Shown here piece by piece: positions 10,884-20,813 of a DNA stretch of 64,000 bases. The stretch is taken from positions 1,376,001 to 1,440,000 of the forward strand of contig OZ242011.1 in NCBI GenBank assembly GCA_965204755.1. Reading direction: 5' to 3'. The translations under genes and the position numbers were made by a program. This stretch comes from Candidatus Marinacidobacterium sp. (GTDB taxonomy: Bacteria > Acidobacteriota > Vicinamibacteria > Marinacidobacterales > Marinacidobacteraceae). Position 1 is the stretch's first letter. The number at the start of each line of letters is the position of its first letter. Under the pieces are notes generated by a model. The model saw only the letters and a program-made list of their open reading frames with translations. It had not been told where the DNA came from and did not search any database.

Positions 10884-11303
10884 TCAGGCCCCGAACCGCT
10901 CGAGCGCGACAGCGGGCGACAGAATCGGTATCCGAAAACCAGACGCCAAGGACAGTAGATCCCGGTCGCCGGTCACCAACGCATCCGCTTCGGCGGCGAC
11001 AGCGAGTTCCAAAAACGGCCGATCGGTTGGGTCACGGCAGACCGGAACCTCGGGTGGTATGGCCACAACGATCGGCTCGCTCACCTGTAGATACTCGGCA
11101 ACGAGGTCGCCGCGCTCACTTTCGCCCAATCGGAATTTCGGATAGCCGAGCGTGGCAACCAACTCGGCGATGGTGTCGGCGCTGACGACCGGAACCAGGT
11201 CGCCGGCCCGCCAGCCTTCGCGCACCCAGGCCACTTTCCCCGCAGAGAACACCAGAGCCGAGAGCACGACATTCGTGTCCAACACCAAACGGACGCTCTT
11301 CAC
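10884..11303 (-). CDS. PIN-domain toxin
   Basis: LVLDTNVVLSAL, CRDPTDRPFLELA, LVTGDRDLL; GTGA overlap with antitoxin. Confidence 0.9.
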   Translation of the reverse strand: MKSVRLVLDTNVVLSALVFSAGKVAWVREGWRAGDLVPVVSADTIAELVATLGYPKFRLGESERGDLVAEYLQVSEPIVVAIPPEVPVCRDPTDRPFLELAVAAEADALVTGDRDLLSLASGFRIPILSPAVALERFGA

Positions 11304-11527
11304 TCTTTGCGACGACGAGCCCACGCGACCGCATCGGCCACATCCGCCTCCGAGATGCCCAGCGCAGCCAGTTTCTCTTGGATCTGGTTCACCTTGAGAA
11401 CCCTCACCGGCGTCAAGAGGATCCCGTCCTTGGTCCTCTCAACATCGAAGTACTCGACCTTCGGTAGTTCGGCGATGATGGCCTTGGGCAGCGTCAACTG
11501 GTTCTTGGAAGTGAGTTTGGCAAGCAT
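11300..11527 (-). CDS. AbrB/MazE-type antitoxin
   Basis: MLAKLTSKNQLTLPK..ILLTPV. Confidence 0.88.
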   Translation of the reverse strand: MLAKLTSKNQLTLPKAIIAELPKVEYFDVERTKDGILLTPVRVLKVNQIQEKLAALGISEADVADAVAWARRRKE

Positions 11528-11567
11528 GAACTTGCGAACCTCCGGCAGCGGCAAATGAGTAAGGAAT

Positions 11568-11579
11568 CATGATATCATG
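11568..11579. promoter_or_regulatory. Palindromic putative operator of the AbrB/PIN operon
   Basis: Perfect 12-bp palindrome CATGATATCATG in AT-rich patch about 40 bp upstream of the antitoxin. Confidence 0.5.
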
Positions 11580-11786
11580 GAAACCAGCATCTCCACAAGT
11601 GCCCCTGCGTTGGCGTGCGGATGAGATGGCAGACGAAGGTGCCGGAAAGGTAGTTGAGGGGGCGGAAGAGCCGCCTGGCCCAACGGGCAACGGCGCCCCG
11701 CGAACGACCGTCACGCGGCCCACCAGCTATCCAGCCCCTGTCGACGGCGTTCCTCACGACGATGACGACGAAGATCTCAGGCAATG

Positions 11787-14105
11787 TCAGGGTCGCGCAC
11801 GGCGGACCAGGGCGGCGGCGCCGTCCTCCCGGGGTGCGGTGACGACCCCGATGCGCGACGCAGGGACGCCGGCCCGGGCCAGCGCGGCGCGGAACGCTTC
11901 TTCGCGGGGCGGGGGGACGGCGGCCAGAAGGCCGCCGGCGGTCTGGGGGTCGAACAGCAACTCGTACCGCGGATGGGCGGAAGCGTCTTCCTCGACCCGG
12001 ACCGCGCGGGCGATCCGGCGGTTCTCCGGGTGGGCGGTGCTCCGGAGGCCGGAGGCGAGCAGGGGTTCCGCGCCGGGAAGCGCCGGGAGTTCCGAGACCC
12101 AAACTTCCGCCGACGCGCCGCTGGCCCGGAGCATCTCGGTCAGGTGCGAGAGCAGGCCGAAGCCGGTGATGTCGGTCGCGGCCCGGAGGCCGCAGGAGAC
12201 CGCCGCCCGAGCGGCCCGCTCGTTGGGCCCCGCCATCTGCGCCGACACCGCCTCCAGCCAGGCGCCCCGGCCCCGGCCCAACATGATCCCGCGCAGGACG
12301 ACGCCCACTCCCAGGCGTTTCGTCAGCCACAGGCCGTCGCCGGGCGCCGCCCCGTCGAGCGTCAGCAGGTGGTCGCCGATCGGGTGGCCTTCCACGGAGA
12401 ACCCGACGGTGAGTTCCGGCCCGACCGTGGTGTGGCCGCCGAGCAGCGCCACCCCCCGTTCGTCGAGCAGCGAACGCGCCCCGGCGAGCAGTTGGAAGAG
12501 GCTCTCCGCGCGCTCGTCGCGGCTCTCTTCTTCCGGCAGGCAGACGAGGGCCATCGCGTAGCGCGGCGCCGCTCCGGTGGCGAAGAGGTCCGACAGCGCG
12601 TTCGCCGCCGCCGCCCGCCCCACTAACCAGCGGTCGCCGCTGAACGCCCGGAACCAGTCCACGCTCGACACGACGGTGTCCCCGGAGGGCGTCAAGTAGG
12701 CGGCTGCGTCGTCGGGCCGGCCGAGGCCGAGGCGAACCCGGCCGGCGCCCCCGGCTGCGGCGCCCGCTCCCTCGCCGGCCCCGGCGCCCATCTCCTCCCG
12801 GAGCCGGGCGAGCGCCCGGTCGAGCGTCGTCTGTCCGGCCTTCGCCGCGCAGCCGCCGCAGAGCACGGCGTCCATCGCGGCGGTGTCCATCCGCCGTTCC
12901 ATCCGCCGGAACTCGGCGCTGGTGGCGTCCCCATCGTCGAGCGCCTGGAACTTCTCCATGAATCTCCGGTCGATCCGGTCCTTCCAGCGCATCACCCACC
13001 GACCCTCGAACGAGAGTCCCCACTTCGCTCCGAGCGCCTGACCGTCGCCGAGGTTCAGCAAGGTCAGGAAGTCCGGCTGCGGCCGGTAGCGGGTGAGCGG
13101 CCGGCCGGCCACCGCCCGGCGCAGGTTCTCGGCGAGGTAGGGCCCCTGCCGCACCGCGTACACCCCGGCCTTCGCCGTGCCCGGCCAGTCCGCGAGCGTC
13201 GCGCAGTCGCCCACCGCGAAGACCCGGTCGTCGGAGACGGTCTGCAGCGTGGGGCGGACCAGCACGAATCCCCGCTCGTCGAGCGCGAGGGTCGAATCCC
13301 GCAGGGTCTCCCGGCTGCCGGCGCCGACCGCCCACACCAGCGCGTCGGCGGGCAGCGACTCGCCGCCGCGCAGGACGACCTGCCCGGCGGCCGCTTCGGC
13401 TACTTCGGTCCCGGTGCGAACCCGGATCCCGCGCTGCTCCGCATGCCGCCGGGCGCGGCCGGCGAGCGAGCGGGGAAACCCGGGCAGGACCTCCGCCTGC
13501 GCCTGGAGCAGCGTGACCCGGAGCGGCCGCGCGGGGCCTCCGGCGTCCGCCTCCTGATCCCGCAACAGGCGCTCGCGGAGGGTGAAGGCGAGTTCGACGC
13601 CCCCGGCGCCGCCGCCGGCGACCACCACCTCGAACCGCCGCGAGCGGTCGCCGGCGAGGAAGGCGGCGGAAACGGACTCGATCTCCGCGACCAGCCGGGA
13701 GATCGGCCGGGTGGCGCAGGCGTGCTCGCGGACTCCCGGCAGGTCGAGCCCGGCGACCGTACTGCCGATATCGAACGAAACGAAGTCGTAGGCGAGCGGC
13801 GGGCGGCTCTCGAGCAGGACCCGCCGCGCCGCCGGGGCCACGCCGACCGCGGCGTCGAGCACCACCTCGGCGCCGGCCCGGCGGGCGAGCGGAACCACAT
13901 CGATTTCCAGTTCCGAGGCCCGGTACTGCCGCGCCACGAACCCCGGCGCCATCCCGGAATAGATCGCCACCGGGGTGTCCAGGACGACGGTGACCCGCGC
14001 CTCCGGCCACGGGCGCATCATCATCGCCCGGAGCACCTGGACATGGGCGTGTCCGCCGCCGACCAGCAGGACGCGCGGGGCGGCGGAAACGGCGGGGGAA
14101 GTCAT
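11787..14105 (-). CDS. selD: FAD-dependent oxidoreductase (NDH-2-like) fused to selenide, water dikinase
   Basis: N-terminal LVGGGHAH, VAGGGAGGVE, FAVGDCA; C-terminal CGGCAAK, DDAA, ANALSDLFATG, GGHT, ATDITGFGL, FDPQTAGGLL. Confidence 0.92.
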   Translation of the reverse strand: MTSPAVSAAPRVLLVGGGHAHVQVLRAMMMRPWPEARVTVVLDTPVAIYSGMAPGFVARQYRASELEIDVVPLARRAGAEVVLDAAVGVAPAARRVLLESRPPLAYDFVSFDIGSTVAGLDLPGVREHACATRPISRLVAEIESVSAAFLAGDRSRRFEVVVAGGGAGGVELAFTLRERLLRDQEADAGGPARPLRVTLLQAQAEVLPGFPRSLAGRARRHAEQRGIRVRTGTEVAEAAAGQVVLRGGESLPADALVWAVGAGSRETLRDSTLALDERGFVLVRPTLQTVSDDRVFAVGDCATLADWPGTAKAGVYAVRQGPYLAENLRRAVAGRPLTRYRPQPDFLTLLNLGDGQALGAKWGLSFEGRWVMRWKDRIDRRFMEKFQALDDGDATSAEFRRMERRMDTAAMDAVLCGGCAAKAGQTTLDRALARLREEMGAGAGEGAGAAAGGAGRVRLGLGRPDDAAAYLTPSGDTVVSSVDWFRAFSGDRWLVGRAAAANALSDLFATGAAPRYAMALVCLPEEESRDERAESLFQLLAGARSLLDERGVALLGGHTTVGPELTVGFSVEGHPIGDHLLTLDGAAPGDGLWLTKRLGVGVVLRGIMLGRGRGAWLEAVSAQMAGPNERAARAAVSCGLRAATDITGFGLLSHLTEMLRASGASAEVWVSELPALPGAEPLLASGLRSTAHPENRRIARAVRVEEDASAHPRYELLFDPQTAGGLLAAVPPPREEAFRAALARAGVPASRIGVVTAPREDGAAALVRRARP

Positions 14106-14350
14106 GCGGCGGGCCGCCGGAGTATGCGCGAACGCGCCGCTCCCGCCCGATGCTCCCCGTCGGGTTCCGGTCGGCGGAAATCGGGCGCCGCCGCCCGGTT
14201 CCGAGCGTCACCGGTCGGAGTCCTTCCGCGTCGGGTCAGCCACCCGGCGGCGCATAGAATCGGGGATTCGCCGCGCCGCGGCATCCCGCCCCCGGCGGGG
14301 CGCGGCCCCGGCAGAACCGAAGGGCGACGCGCCCCGAAGGAGCCAGCACC

Positions 14351-15958
14351 ATGCGAAACCACCCGACCACCCGCCGGAACCCCGCGCCGGCGACGCTCCG
14401 CCGACCCGCCGGGGCCGCCGCGGCGGCGCTCGCGCTCGCCCTCGCGCTCGCCCTCGCCGCCTTCGGCTGCGGCGGCGGCGCCGAAGAAGAGCCCATGGTG
14501 GAGATGACCCTCGAAGAGAGTTTGGTCGCCCGCGCCGCCGGGTTCGAACTCGACACCGAGCGCGTCCCGCCGCCGGGCGACTTCATCGAGCACGAAGCCG
14601 CCGGTTTCGCCAAAGTGCTCTGTTCCGCCGTGTTCCTGACCGGGCTCGACTTCGAGGACGCCCAGATGCAGATCGGCGGCTTCACCGCACGCTACCAGTA
14701 CCGCGACCGTCTCCCCGGACGCGAGATCGACATGGACGGACAGCGCGTCCACATCACCACCGACACCGGCGTAACCCGCACGGCCGTGCTCCACGGCGAC
14801 CAGGGCTGCGTGGCGCTCCCGAAGGGCGAAGACGCCCCCTTCTACGAGACCGTGCCGGTTGCCTCGACCGTGAACCAGAACGACCCGTGGCCGATGGGCG
14901 ACGCGCTGCCGGACGAAATGCCGCCGGACGATGTGGACGGCGCGAAACTCGAAGCCGCGGTGGACGCCGCCTTCGAAGAGGGCGCGATGACGCTCGCCTT
15001 CGTGGTGCTGCATCGGGGCCGGCTGGTCGCCGAGCGCTACCGCGAAGGCATAGACAAGGACACGCCGCTCGAGAGTTGGTCCATGAACAAGAGCCTCTCG
15101 GCGACGCTGATGGGCGTGCTCATCCAGCAAGGCGTCTATGACCTCGACGAAATCGCGCCGATCGACGCCTGGCGCGAGGACCCCACCGACATACGCAGCA
15201 CGATCCGCATCCGTGACATTCTGCAGATGTCCAGCGGCCTCCGCTGCGTGAACGCCGGCGACCCGGAATACGACGAGGCGGCGATGGGATACCCCGACCA
15301 CCTCTACCTCTACACCGGAACCGTGGATTCGCACCTCTGGGCGGCGGACCGTCCCGCGCAGTGGCCGCCGAACACGGTAGGCCGCTACCGCAACTGCGAT
15401 CCGGTGCTCACGAACCACATCGTGCGGCTCGGCGTCGAAGGCGAACTCGAGGAGAACTACCACCGGTTCCCGCAGAAGTACCTCTTCGACAAGATCGGCG
15501 CCGCGCGGTTCGTGGCGGAAGCCGACCCCTACGGCAACTTCCTGCTGAACGGTTACGGCTTCGGCGCCGGCCGCACCTGGGCGCGGCTCGGCCAGTTGTA
15601 CCTGGACGACGGCATTTCGCCGGAGGGCGAGCGCGTCCTGCCGGAAGGCTTCGCCGAGTTCGTGAGCACGGTGGCGTCGTCGTGGGAGGCGGACGGCCGT
15701 CCGATCTACGGCGGCCTCTTCTGGATCAACAACCCGCCGCGCGGCGGGACGAAGCGGTTCCCGGCGCTGCCGAACAGCGCTTACAGCATGGCCGGCGCCG
15801 GCGGGCAGAGCACGATCATCGTCCCCACGCACGAGATGGTCATCGCCCGGCTGGGCCTCTACCAGGGTTCGCTCGACGGCAGCGCGAACCGGGCGCTCCA
15901 GAACGCTCTCGGCCTGCTGATGGAGGCGATTCCCGCCGCTTCCACGGACGGCGACTGA
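14351..15958 (+). CDS. Lipoprotein serine hydrolase (class C beta-lactamase-like)
   Basis: Lipobox AFGC; SxxK as SWSMNK; YRN; WARLGQLYL; MAGAGGQ. Confidence 0.85.
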   Translation: MRNHPTTRRNPAPATLRRPAGAAAAALALALALALAAFGCGGGAEEEPMVEMTLEESLVARAAGFELDTERVPPPGDFIEHEAAGFAKVLCSAVFLTGLDFEDAQMQIGGFTARYQYRDRLPGREIDMDGQRVHITTDTGVTRTAVLHGDQGCVALPKGEDAPFYETVPVASTVNQNDPWPMGDALPDEMPPDDVDGAKLEAAVDAAFEEGAMTLAFVVLHRGRLVAERYREGIDKDTPLESWSMNKSLSATLMGVLIQQGVYDLDEIAPIDAWREDPTDIRSTIRIRDILQMSSGLRCVNAGDPEYDEAAMGYPDHLYLYTGTVDSHLWAADRPAQWPPNTVGRYRNCDPVLTNHIVRLGVEGELEENYHRFPQKYLFDKIGAARFVAEADPYGNFLLNGYGFGAGRTWARLGQLYLDDGISPEGERVLPEGFAEFVSTVASSWEADGRPIYGGLFWINNPPRGGTKRFPALPNSAYSMAGAGGQSTIIVPTHEMVIARLGLYQGSLDGSANRALQNALGLLMEAIPAASTDGD

Positions 15959-15959
15959 G

Positions 15960-17120
15960 TTGGCGCGTTCGACGGCGCGGCGGCCGGCGCTCGTCTTCGC
16001 CGGAGCGGCGTTGCTGTTTCCGGCGATCGCGGGCGCTTCGGGGCAGCCCTCGGGTTCCGACGAACGCGGCGCCCCGCTCCCGCTGGAGCGCCTGACGCTT
16101 CCTCCCGGCTTCGAGGTCGCGGTCTGGGGCCGCATACCGGGCGCCCGGTCGCTCACGCGGGGCGACCGGGGTACCGTCTTCGTGGGCACCCGCGACCCCG
16201 ACGGCAGCGTGTACGCGATCGCCGACCGGGACGGCGACCACCGGGCGGACGAACTCCACACGCTCGACGAGAACCTGTTCATGCCGAACGGCGTGGCTTT
16301 CCGCGACGGCTCGCTCTTCGTGGCCGAAGTGAACCGCATCCTCCGGTTCGACGACATCGAATCCCGCCTCGACGATCCGGGCGAGCCGACGGTCGTGACC
16401 GCCGACCTGCCGGACATGCGCCACCACGGCTGGAAGTTCATCGCGTTCAGCCCGGACGGCTACCTCCATGTTCCGGTGGGCGCGCCCTGCAACCGGTGCG
16501 ACTCGGTGAATCCGCTCTTCGCTTCCATCGCCCGGATGCGCCCCGACGGCAGCGGCCTCGAAGTCGCGGCGCGCGGTGTCCGCATGTCCGTCGGTTTCGA
16601 CTGGCACCCGGAGACCGGCGAGATGTGGTTCACGGACAACAACCCGGACTGGCTCGGCGACGACAACCCGCCGGGCGAGATGAACATCCTGACCGAGGTC
16701 GGGCAGCACTTCGGCTATCCCTACTGCCACGCGGGCGATGTCGGCGACCCCTGGTACGGCCGGGAGCGCTCCTGCGACGAGTTCGAACCGCCGACGCAGC
16801 AACTCGGCCCCCATGTGGCCGCGATCGGGATGACCTTCTACCGCGGCGACGCGTTCCCCGAGGAATACCGCGGCCATGCCTTCGTCGCCGAACACGGCTC
16901 CTGGAACCGCACCGAGCGCATCGGCTACCGCCTCACCATCGTCCGGGAGGAAGACGGCCGGGCCGTCGGCTACGAGGACTTCGTCACCGGCTGGATCGGC
17001 AAACCCGAGGAACGCCCCTGGGGCCGCCCGGTGGACCTCCTCGAACTCCCCGACGGCAGCCTCCTGGTCTCCGACGACCGCGCCGGCGCGATCTACCGGG
17101 TGTGGTATTCCGGCGGCTGA
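15960..17120 (+). CDS. PQQ-dependent sugar/sorbosone dehydrogenase
   Basis: HHGWKFIAFSPDG, VGAPCN, FGYPYCH, LGPHVAAIG, HGSWNR, WGRPVD. Confidence 0.9.
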   Translation: MARSTARRPALVFAGAALLFPAIAGASGQPSGSDERGAPLPLERLTLPPGFEVAVWGRIPGARSLTRGDRGTVFVGTRDPDGSVYAIADRDGDHRADELHTLDENLFMPNGVAFRDGSLFVAEVNRILRFDDIESRLDDPGEPTVVTADLPDMRHHGWKFIAFSPDGYLHVPVGAPCNRCDSVNPLFASIARMRPDGSGLEVAARGVRMSVGFDWHPETGEMWFTDNNPDWLGDDNPPGEMNILTEVGQHFGYPYCHAGDVGDPWYGRERSCDEFEPPTQQLGPHVAAIGMTFYRGDAFPEEYRGHAFVAEHGSWNRTERIGYRLTIVREEDGRAVGYEDFVTGWIGKPEERPWGRPVDLLELPDGSLLVSDDRAGAIYRVWYSGG

Positions 17121-18313
17121 TGCCCGAAAAGACACCCCCGGCCGCGTCAACGATCGGGAAGGCGAGCGCGCCGCCCGACGCCGCTCCGGACGCCGCCCCG
17201 CCGGCCGCCCGGCGTTTCGACGATCTGGAACTGGAACCGAACTCGGCAGAAGAGGAGGACCGCCGCAGTTCCGCCCCCGACTACCAGATCACGACTTATC
17301 CCACGGACTTCACGCTCGAAATCCTGCACAAGAAGTGGGAGGACGGAGAGATCGAAATCCCTCGCTTCCAACGAGGATTCGTGTGGACGAAGACACAGGC
17401 GAGCCGGCTGATCGATTCCTTCCTGCTGGGACTGCCCGTACCGGCGATCTTCCTCTACAGCGAGCACGGCAGCGACAAGTACCTCGTGATTGACGGACAG
17501 CAGCGCCTGCGCAGCGTTTTCAGTTACTTCGACGGTCGTTTCCCGCCGACCGAGGTCGGAAATCCTCCGTCCGCCGCGCAGGACAACGGCTCCGTCTTTC
17601 GCCTGGTCGGGCTCCCCTCGTCGCGCTACTACCAACACTTCGATTTCCACGGCCTGCCCGAGCGTGACCGGCGGCGCCTCCGGAACGCCGTCCTCCGCGC
17701 CTTCATCGTCAAGCAGATAGACCCCGACGACGATGCGAGCATGTACGACATCTTCGAACGGCTCAACAACGGAGGCACCCATCTCGAGAACCAGGAAATC
17801 CGCCAATGCATCTACCGCGGCCCTTTCGCCGATCTTCTCGAGGAACTCAACGAACTGGAGTCATGGCGGGTCGTCATCGGTCAGGGAGCGCCGGACAGCC
17901 GGATGCGCGACATCGAACTCATCGTCCGGTTCTTCGCTACGAGGTCTCTCGACACCTACGAGAAGCCGATGAAGCGCTTCCTCTCGCTCTATATGGCCCA
18001 CAACCGGCACGCGCCGGCGCAGACGCTCTCCGCCCATCGTGAAGTCTTCGAGGTCACTTGCACCGCGGTAGCCCGCCATCTCGGCGAGAAGCCCTTCCAC
18101 CGCCGGAGCGGCCTCCTGAGCGTCTCCGCGATGGACGCAGTCATGGTCGCGTTCTCCAAGAACCTCGGTCGCATTCCGAACGACATCCGCGCGCGATTCG
18201 AGCGTCTCCTCCACGACGATGACTTTTGTCGCAACACGACCCAGCGGACGACGGACGGCGACCGGCTGCGAGGGCGTTTCGAGCAGGCGTCGAGGAGCCT
18301 GTTCCATTCGTAG
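17120..18313 (+). CDS. DUF262 (GmrS/ParB-like) protein
   Basis: IPRFQRGFVW, LIDSFLLGLPVP, VIDGQQRL, IFERLNNGG. Confidence 0.92.
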   Translation: MPEKTPPAASTIGKASAPPDAAPDAAPPAARRFDDLELEPNSAEEEDRRSSAPDYQITTYPTDFTLEILHKKWEDGEIEIPRFQRGFVWTKTQASRLIDSFLLGLPVPAIFLYSEHGSDKYLVIDGQQRLRSVFSYFDGRFPPTEVGNPPSAAQDNGSVFRLVGLPSSRYYQHFDFHGLPERDRRRLRNAVLRAFIVKQIDPDDDASMYDIFERLNNGGTHLENQEIRQCIYRGPFADLLEELNELESWRVVIGQGAPDSRMRDIELIVRFFATRSLDTYEKPMKRFLSLYMAHNRHAPAQTLSAHREVFEVTCTAVARHLGEKPFHRRSGLLSVSAMDAVMVAFSKNLGRIPNDIRARFERLLHDDDFCRNTTQRTTDGDRLRGRFEQASRSLFHS

Positions 18314-18327
18314 GCGGACTGCGACCC

Positions 18328-18828
18328 GTGCGGCTTCCCCGAGTCGAAGAGGCGCTTACGGAGTGCCGCCGGCACTTGGCGGCCGAGGGCGATGTCGGAG
18401 CGTCCGTGCGGAGCCTGCTGGCCCAAGCCGTGTTGATCCTGATCTACGCGGAGTTCGACCGGGCGATTCGGGAACAACTCATGCGACGATGCGCCGACAT
18501 TCCCGACCCCGAGGTCCGACGCTTCGTAGCCAACTGCGTGGACAGCGTGTTTCGAAGTCTGGGAATCGGCGCGCTCGCCGGTCTGCTCGGGCGGTTCGAT
18601 GACGAGGCCCGCCAGGAGTTCCAGAGGCGCGTGGACCGGGACACGAACGAAAAGTACGACAGCCTGATCCGCAGCCGAAACATCGTCGCCCACGGCGACG
18701 GGGCGGCGCCGACTCTGGAAGAAGTCGAGGAATACTACGAGCGCGCTCATGTCGTGCTCGATCACTTTCGGTACGCCCTCTTCGCCCGGGAGTCGTCCGA
18801 GAATCGGACGCCGACGGAGGCCGGCTGA
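18328..18828 (+). CDS. HEPN-domain protein (MAE_28990/RiboL-PSP-like)
   Basis: Helical protein with LILIYAEFD and RxxxxH motif RNIVAH. Confidence 0.85.
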   Translation: MRLPRVEEALTECRRHLAAEGDVGASVRSLLAQAVLILIYAEFDRAIREQLMRRCADIPDPEVRRFVANCVDSVFRSLGIGALAGLLGRFDDEARQEFQRRVDRDTNEKYDSLIRSRNIVAHGDGAAPTLEEVEEYYERAHVVLDHFRYALFARESSENRTPTEAG

Positions 18829-18832
18829 CTCC

Positions 18833-20791
18833 ATGTCGCCAAAATTCTTGGCCGTCGCCGGCGGAGTCCTGGCGAGCGCGGTGAACACCGGAGTCGGCGC
18901 CCAGGACCGGACGCCCGGCGACTGGCCGCATTACGCAGCGGATCTGGCTTCCACGCGGTACTCGCCGCTGGAGCAGATCCACGCCGGGAATGTCGCGGAC
19001 CTGGAAATCATCTGGCGGTGGACTTCGCGGAACTTCGGGCCGCGGACGGACTGGAACCTGCGGACGACGCCGCTGCTGATCGACGGCGTGCTCTACGCGA
19101 CGGCCGGGGCGCGGCGGGTCGCCGTGGCCATCGACGCCGCAAACGGGGAAACGCTGTGGATGTACCGACTCGACGAGGGACGGCGGGGACGGTCGGCGCC
19201 CCGGCAGACCTCCGGGCGGGGCCTCTCCTTCTGGTCGGACGGGGAGGAGGCGCGGCTCTTCCTCGTGTCCCCGGCGTATCGGCTCATCGCGCTCGACGCG
19301 GCCGCCGGACGGCCGATCCCGAACTTCGGGCTGGACGGGATGGTGGACCTCCGGCGCGATCTCGGCCGGGAAGTGGACCTCGAACGCGCGCCCATCGGCG
19401 CCGGGTCGCCCCCCACCGTGGTCGGGGATGTCATCGTGGTGGGCGCGGCGCTGCCGAGCGGAGGGGCGCCGCCTTCGCCGGAGAACCCGCCCTCGCCGGT
19501 GCGCGGCTACGACGCCCGCACCGGGGAGTTGCTCTGGACCTTCCACACGATCCCCCGCCGCGGCGAATACGGCTGGGAAACCTGGGAACAGGACAGTTGG
19601 CGGTTCACCGGCAACGGCGGCGTGTGGAGTTGGATGAGCGCGGACCCGGAACTCGGCCTGGTCTATCTGCCGACGGAAGCGGCGACCGGCGACTACTACG
19701 GCGGGCACCGCCCCGGCGACAACCTGTTCACGCAAAGCGTCGTCGCGCTGGACGCCCGCACCGGATTGCGGAAGTGGCACTTCCAGACGGTCCATCACGG
19801 CATCTGGGACTACGACCTGCCCACCGCCCCGGTGCTGCTCGACCTGACCGTGGACGGACGCGGGATCCCGGCGCTCGCCCAGGTCACCAAGCAAGGCTTC
19901 ACCTTCGTCTTCGACCGCCGCACCGGGGAACCGGTCTGGCCCATCGAGGAACGCCCGGTGGCGCGGTCGGAAGTCCCCGGGGAACGCGCGGCGCCGACGC
20001 AACCCTTCCCGACGAAGCCGCCGCCGTTCCAGCGGCAGGGAGTCTCGAAGGACGACCTCCTCGACCTGACCCCGGAACTCCGCGCCGAAGCGGAAGAAAT
20101 CGCCGAGCGCTACACCTTCGGCCCGCTCTACACCCCGCCGACCGTGATGGAAGAGGGCGGCAACCGGGGCACGCTCACCGTTCCGGGCGCGCTCGGCGGC
20201 GCGAACTGGCCGAGCGTGGCCGCCGACCCGGAAACCGGAGTCCTCTATGTCTCCTCCGGCCTCGACCTGAATGTGCTCGGCCTGGTGCACGACCCGAAAC
20301 GCTCCGCCATGCGTTTCATCCTCGGCCGAGGCCCGGACCGCGTGCTCCCCGAAGGCGGCGGCCCGCAGGGGCTCCCGCTGCTGAAACCGCCCTGGGGCCG
20401 CATCACCGCCATAGACCTCAACCGCGGCGAGATCCTCTGGTGGATGCCGAACAGCGACGCGCCGGATTGGGTGCGCGACCACCCGGCGCTCTCCGGCGTG
20501 GAACTCGGCCGCACCGGGCAGCGCGACCGCGGCGGCCTGCTCGTAACGAAGACGCTGCTCTTCGCCGGGGAAGGAAGCGGCCTGTTCGCCGCCTACGGCT
20601 CCGGCGGCCCCATGCTCCGCGCCCACGACAAGACCACCGGCGAGATCCGGTGGGAGTTCGAGTTGCCGGCGAACCAGTCGGGCACGCCGATGACCGGACT
20701 GGTGGACGGTCGCCAAGTCATCGTCGTCGCCGTGGGCGCGCGCGAGTTCCCGGGGGAACTCGTCGCCCTGGCGCTGCCGCGCCGCGAATAG
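18833..20791 (+). CDS. PQQ-dependent quinoprotein dehydrogenase (glucose dehydrogenase-like)
   Basis: RYSPLEQI, WHFQTVHHGIWDYDLP, WPIEERPV, GGANW, KPPWGRITAIDL. Confidence 0.92.
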   Translation: MSPKFLAVAGGVLASAVNTGVGAQDRTPGDWPHYAADLASTRYSPLEQIHAGNVADLEIIWRWTSRNFGPRTDWNLRTTPLLIDGVLYATAGARRVAVAIDAANGETLWMYRLDEGRRGRSAPRQTSGRGLSFWSDGEEARLFLVSPAYRLIALDAAAGRPIPNFGLDGMVDLRRDLGREVDLERAPIGAGSPPTVVGDVIVVGAALPSGGAPPSPENPPSPVRGYDARTGELLWTFHTIPRRGEYGWETWEQDSWRFTGNGGVWSWMSADPELGLVYLPTEAATGDYYGGHRPGDNLFTQSVVALDARTGLRKWHFQTVHHGIWDYDLPTAPVLLDLTVDGRGIPALAQVTKQGFTFVFDRRTGEPVWPIEERPVARSEVPGERAAPTQPFPTKPPPFQRQGVSKDDLLDLTPELRAEAEEIAERYTFGPLYTPPTVMEEGGNRGTLTVPGALGGANWPSVAADPETGVLYVSSGLDLNVLGLVHDPKRSAMRFILGRGPDRVLPEGGGPQGLPLLKPPWGRITAIDLNRGEILWWMPNSDAPDWVRDHPALSGVELGRTGQRDRGGLLVTKTLLFAGEGSGLFAAYGSGGPMLRAHDKTTGEIRWEFELPANQSGTPMTGLVDGRQVIVVAVGAREFPGELVALALPRRE

Positions 20792-20813
20792 ACCGGAAAG
20801 AGGAACCACCCGA

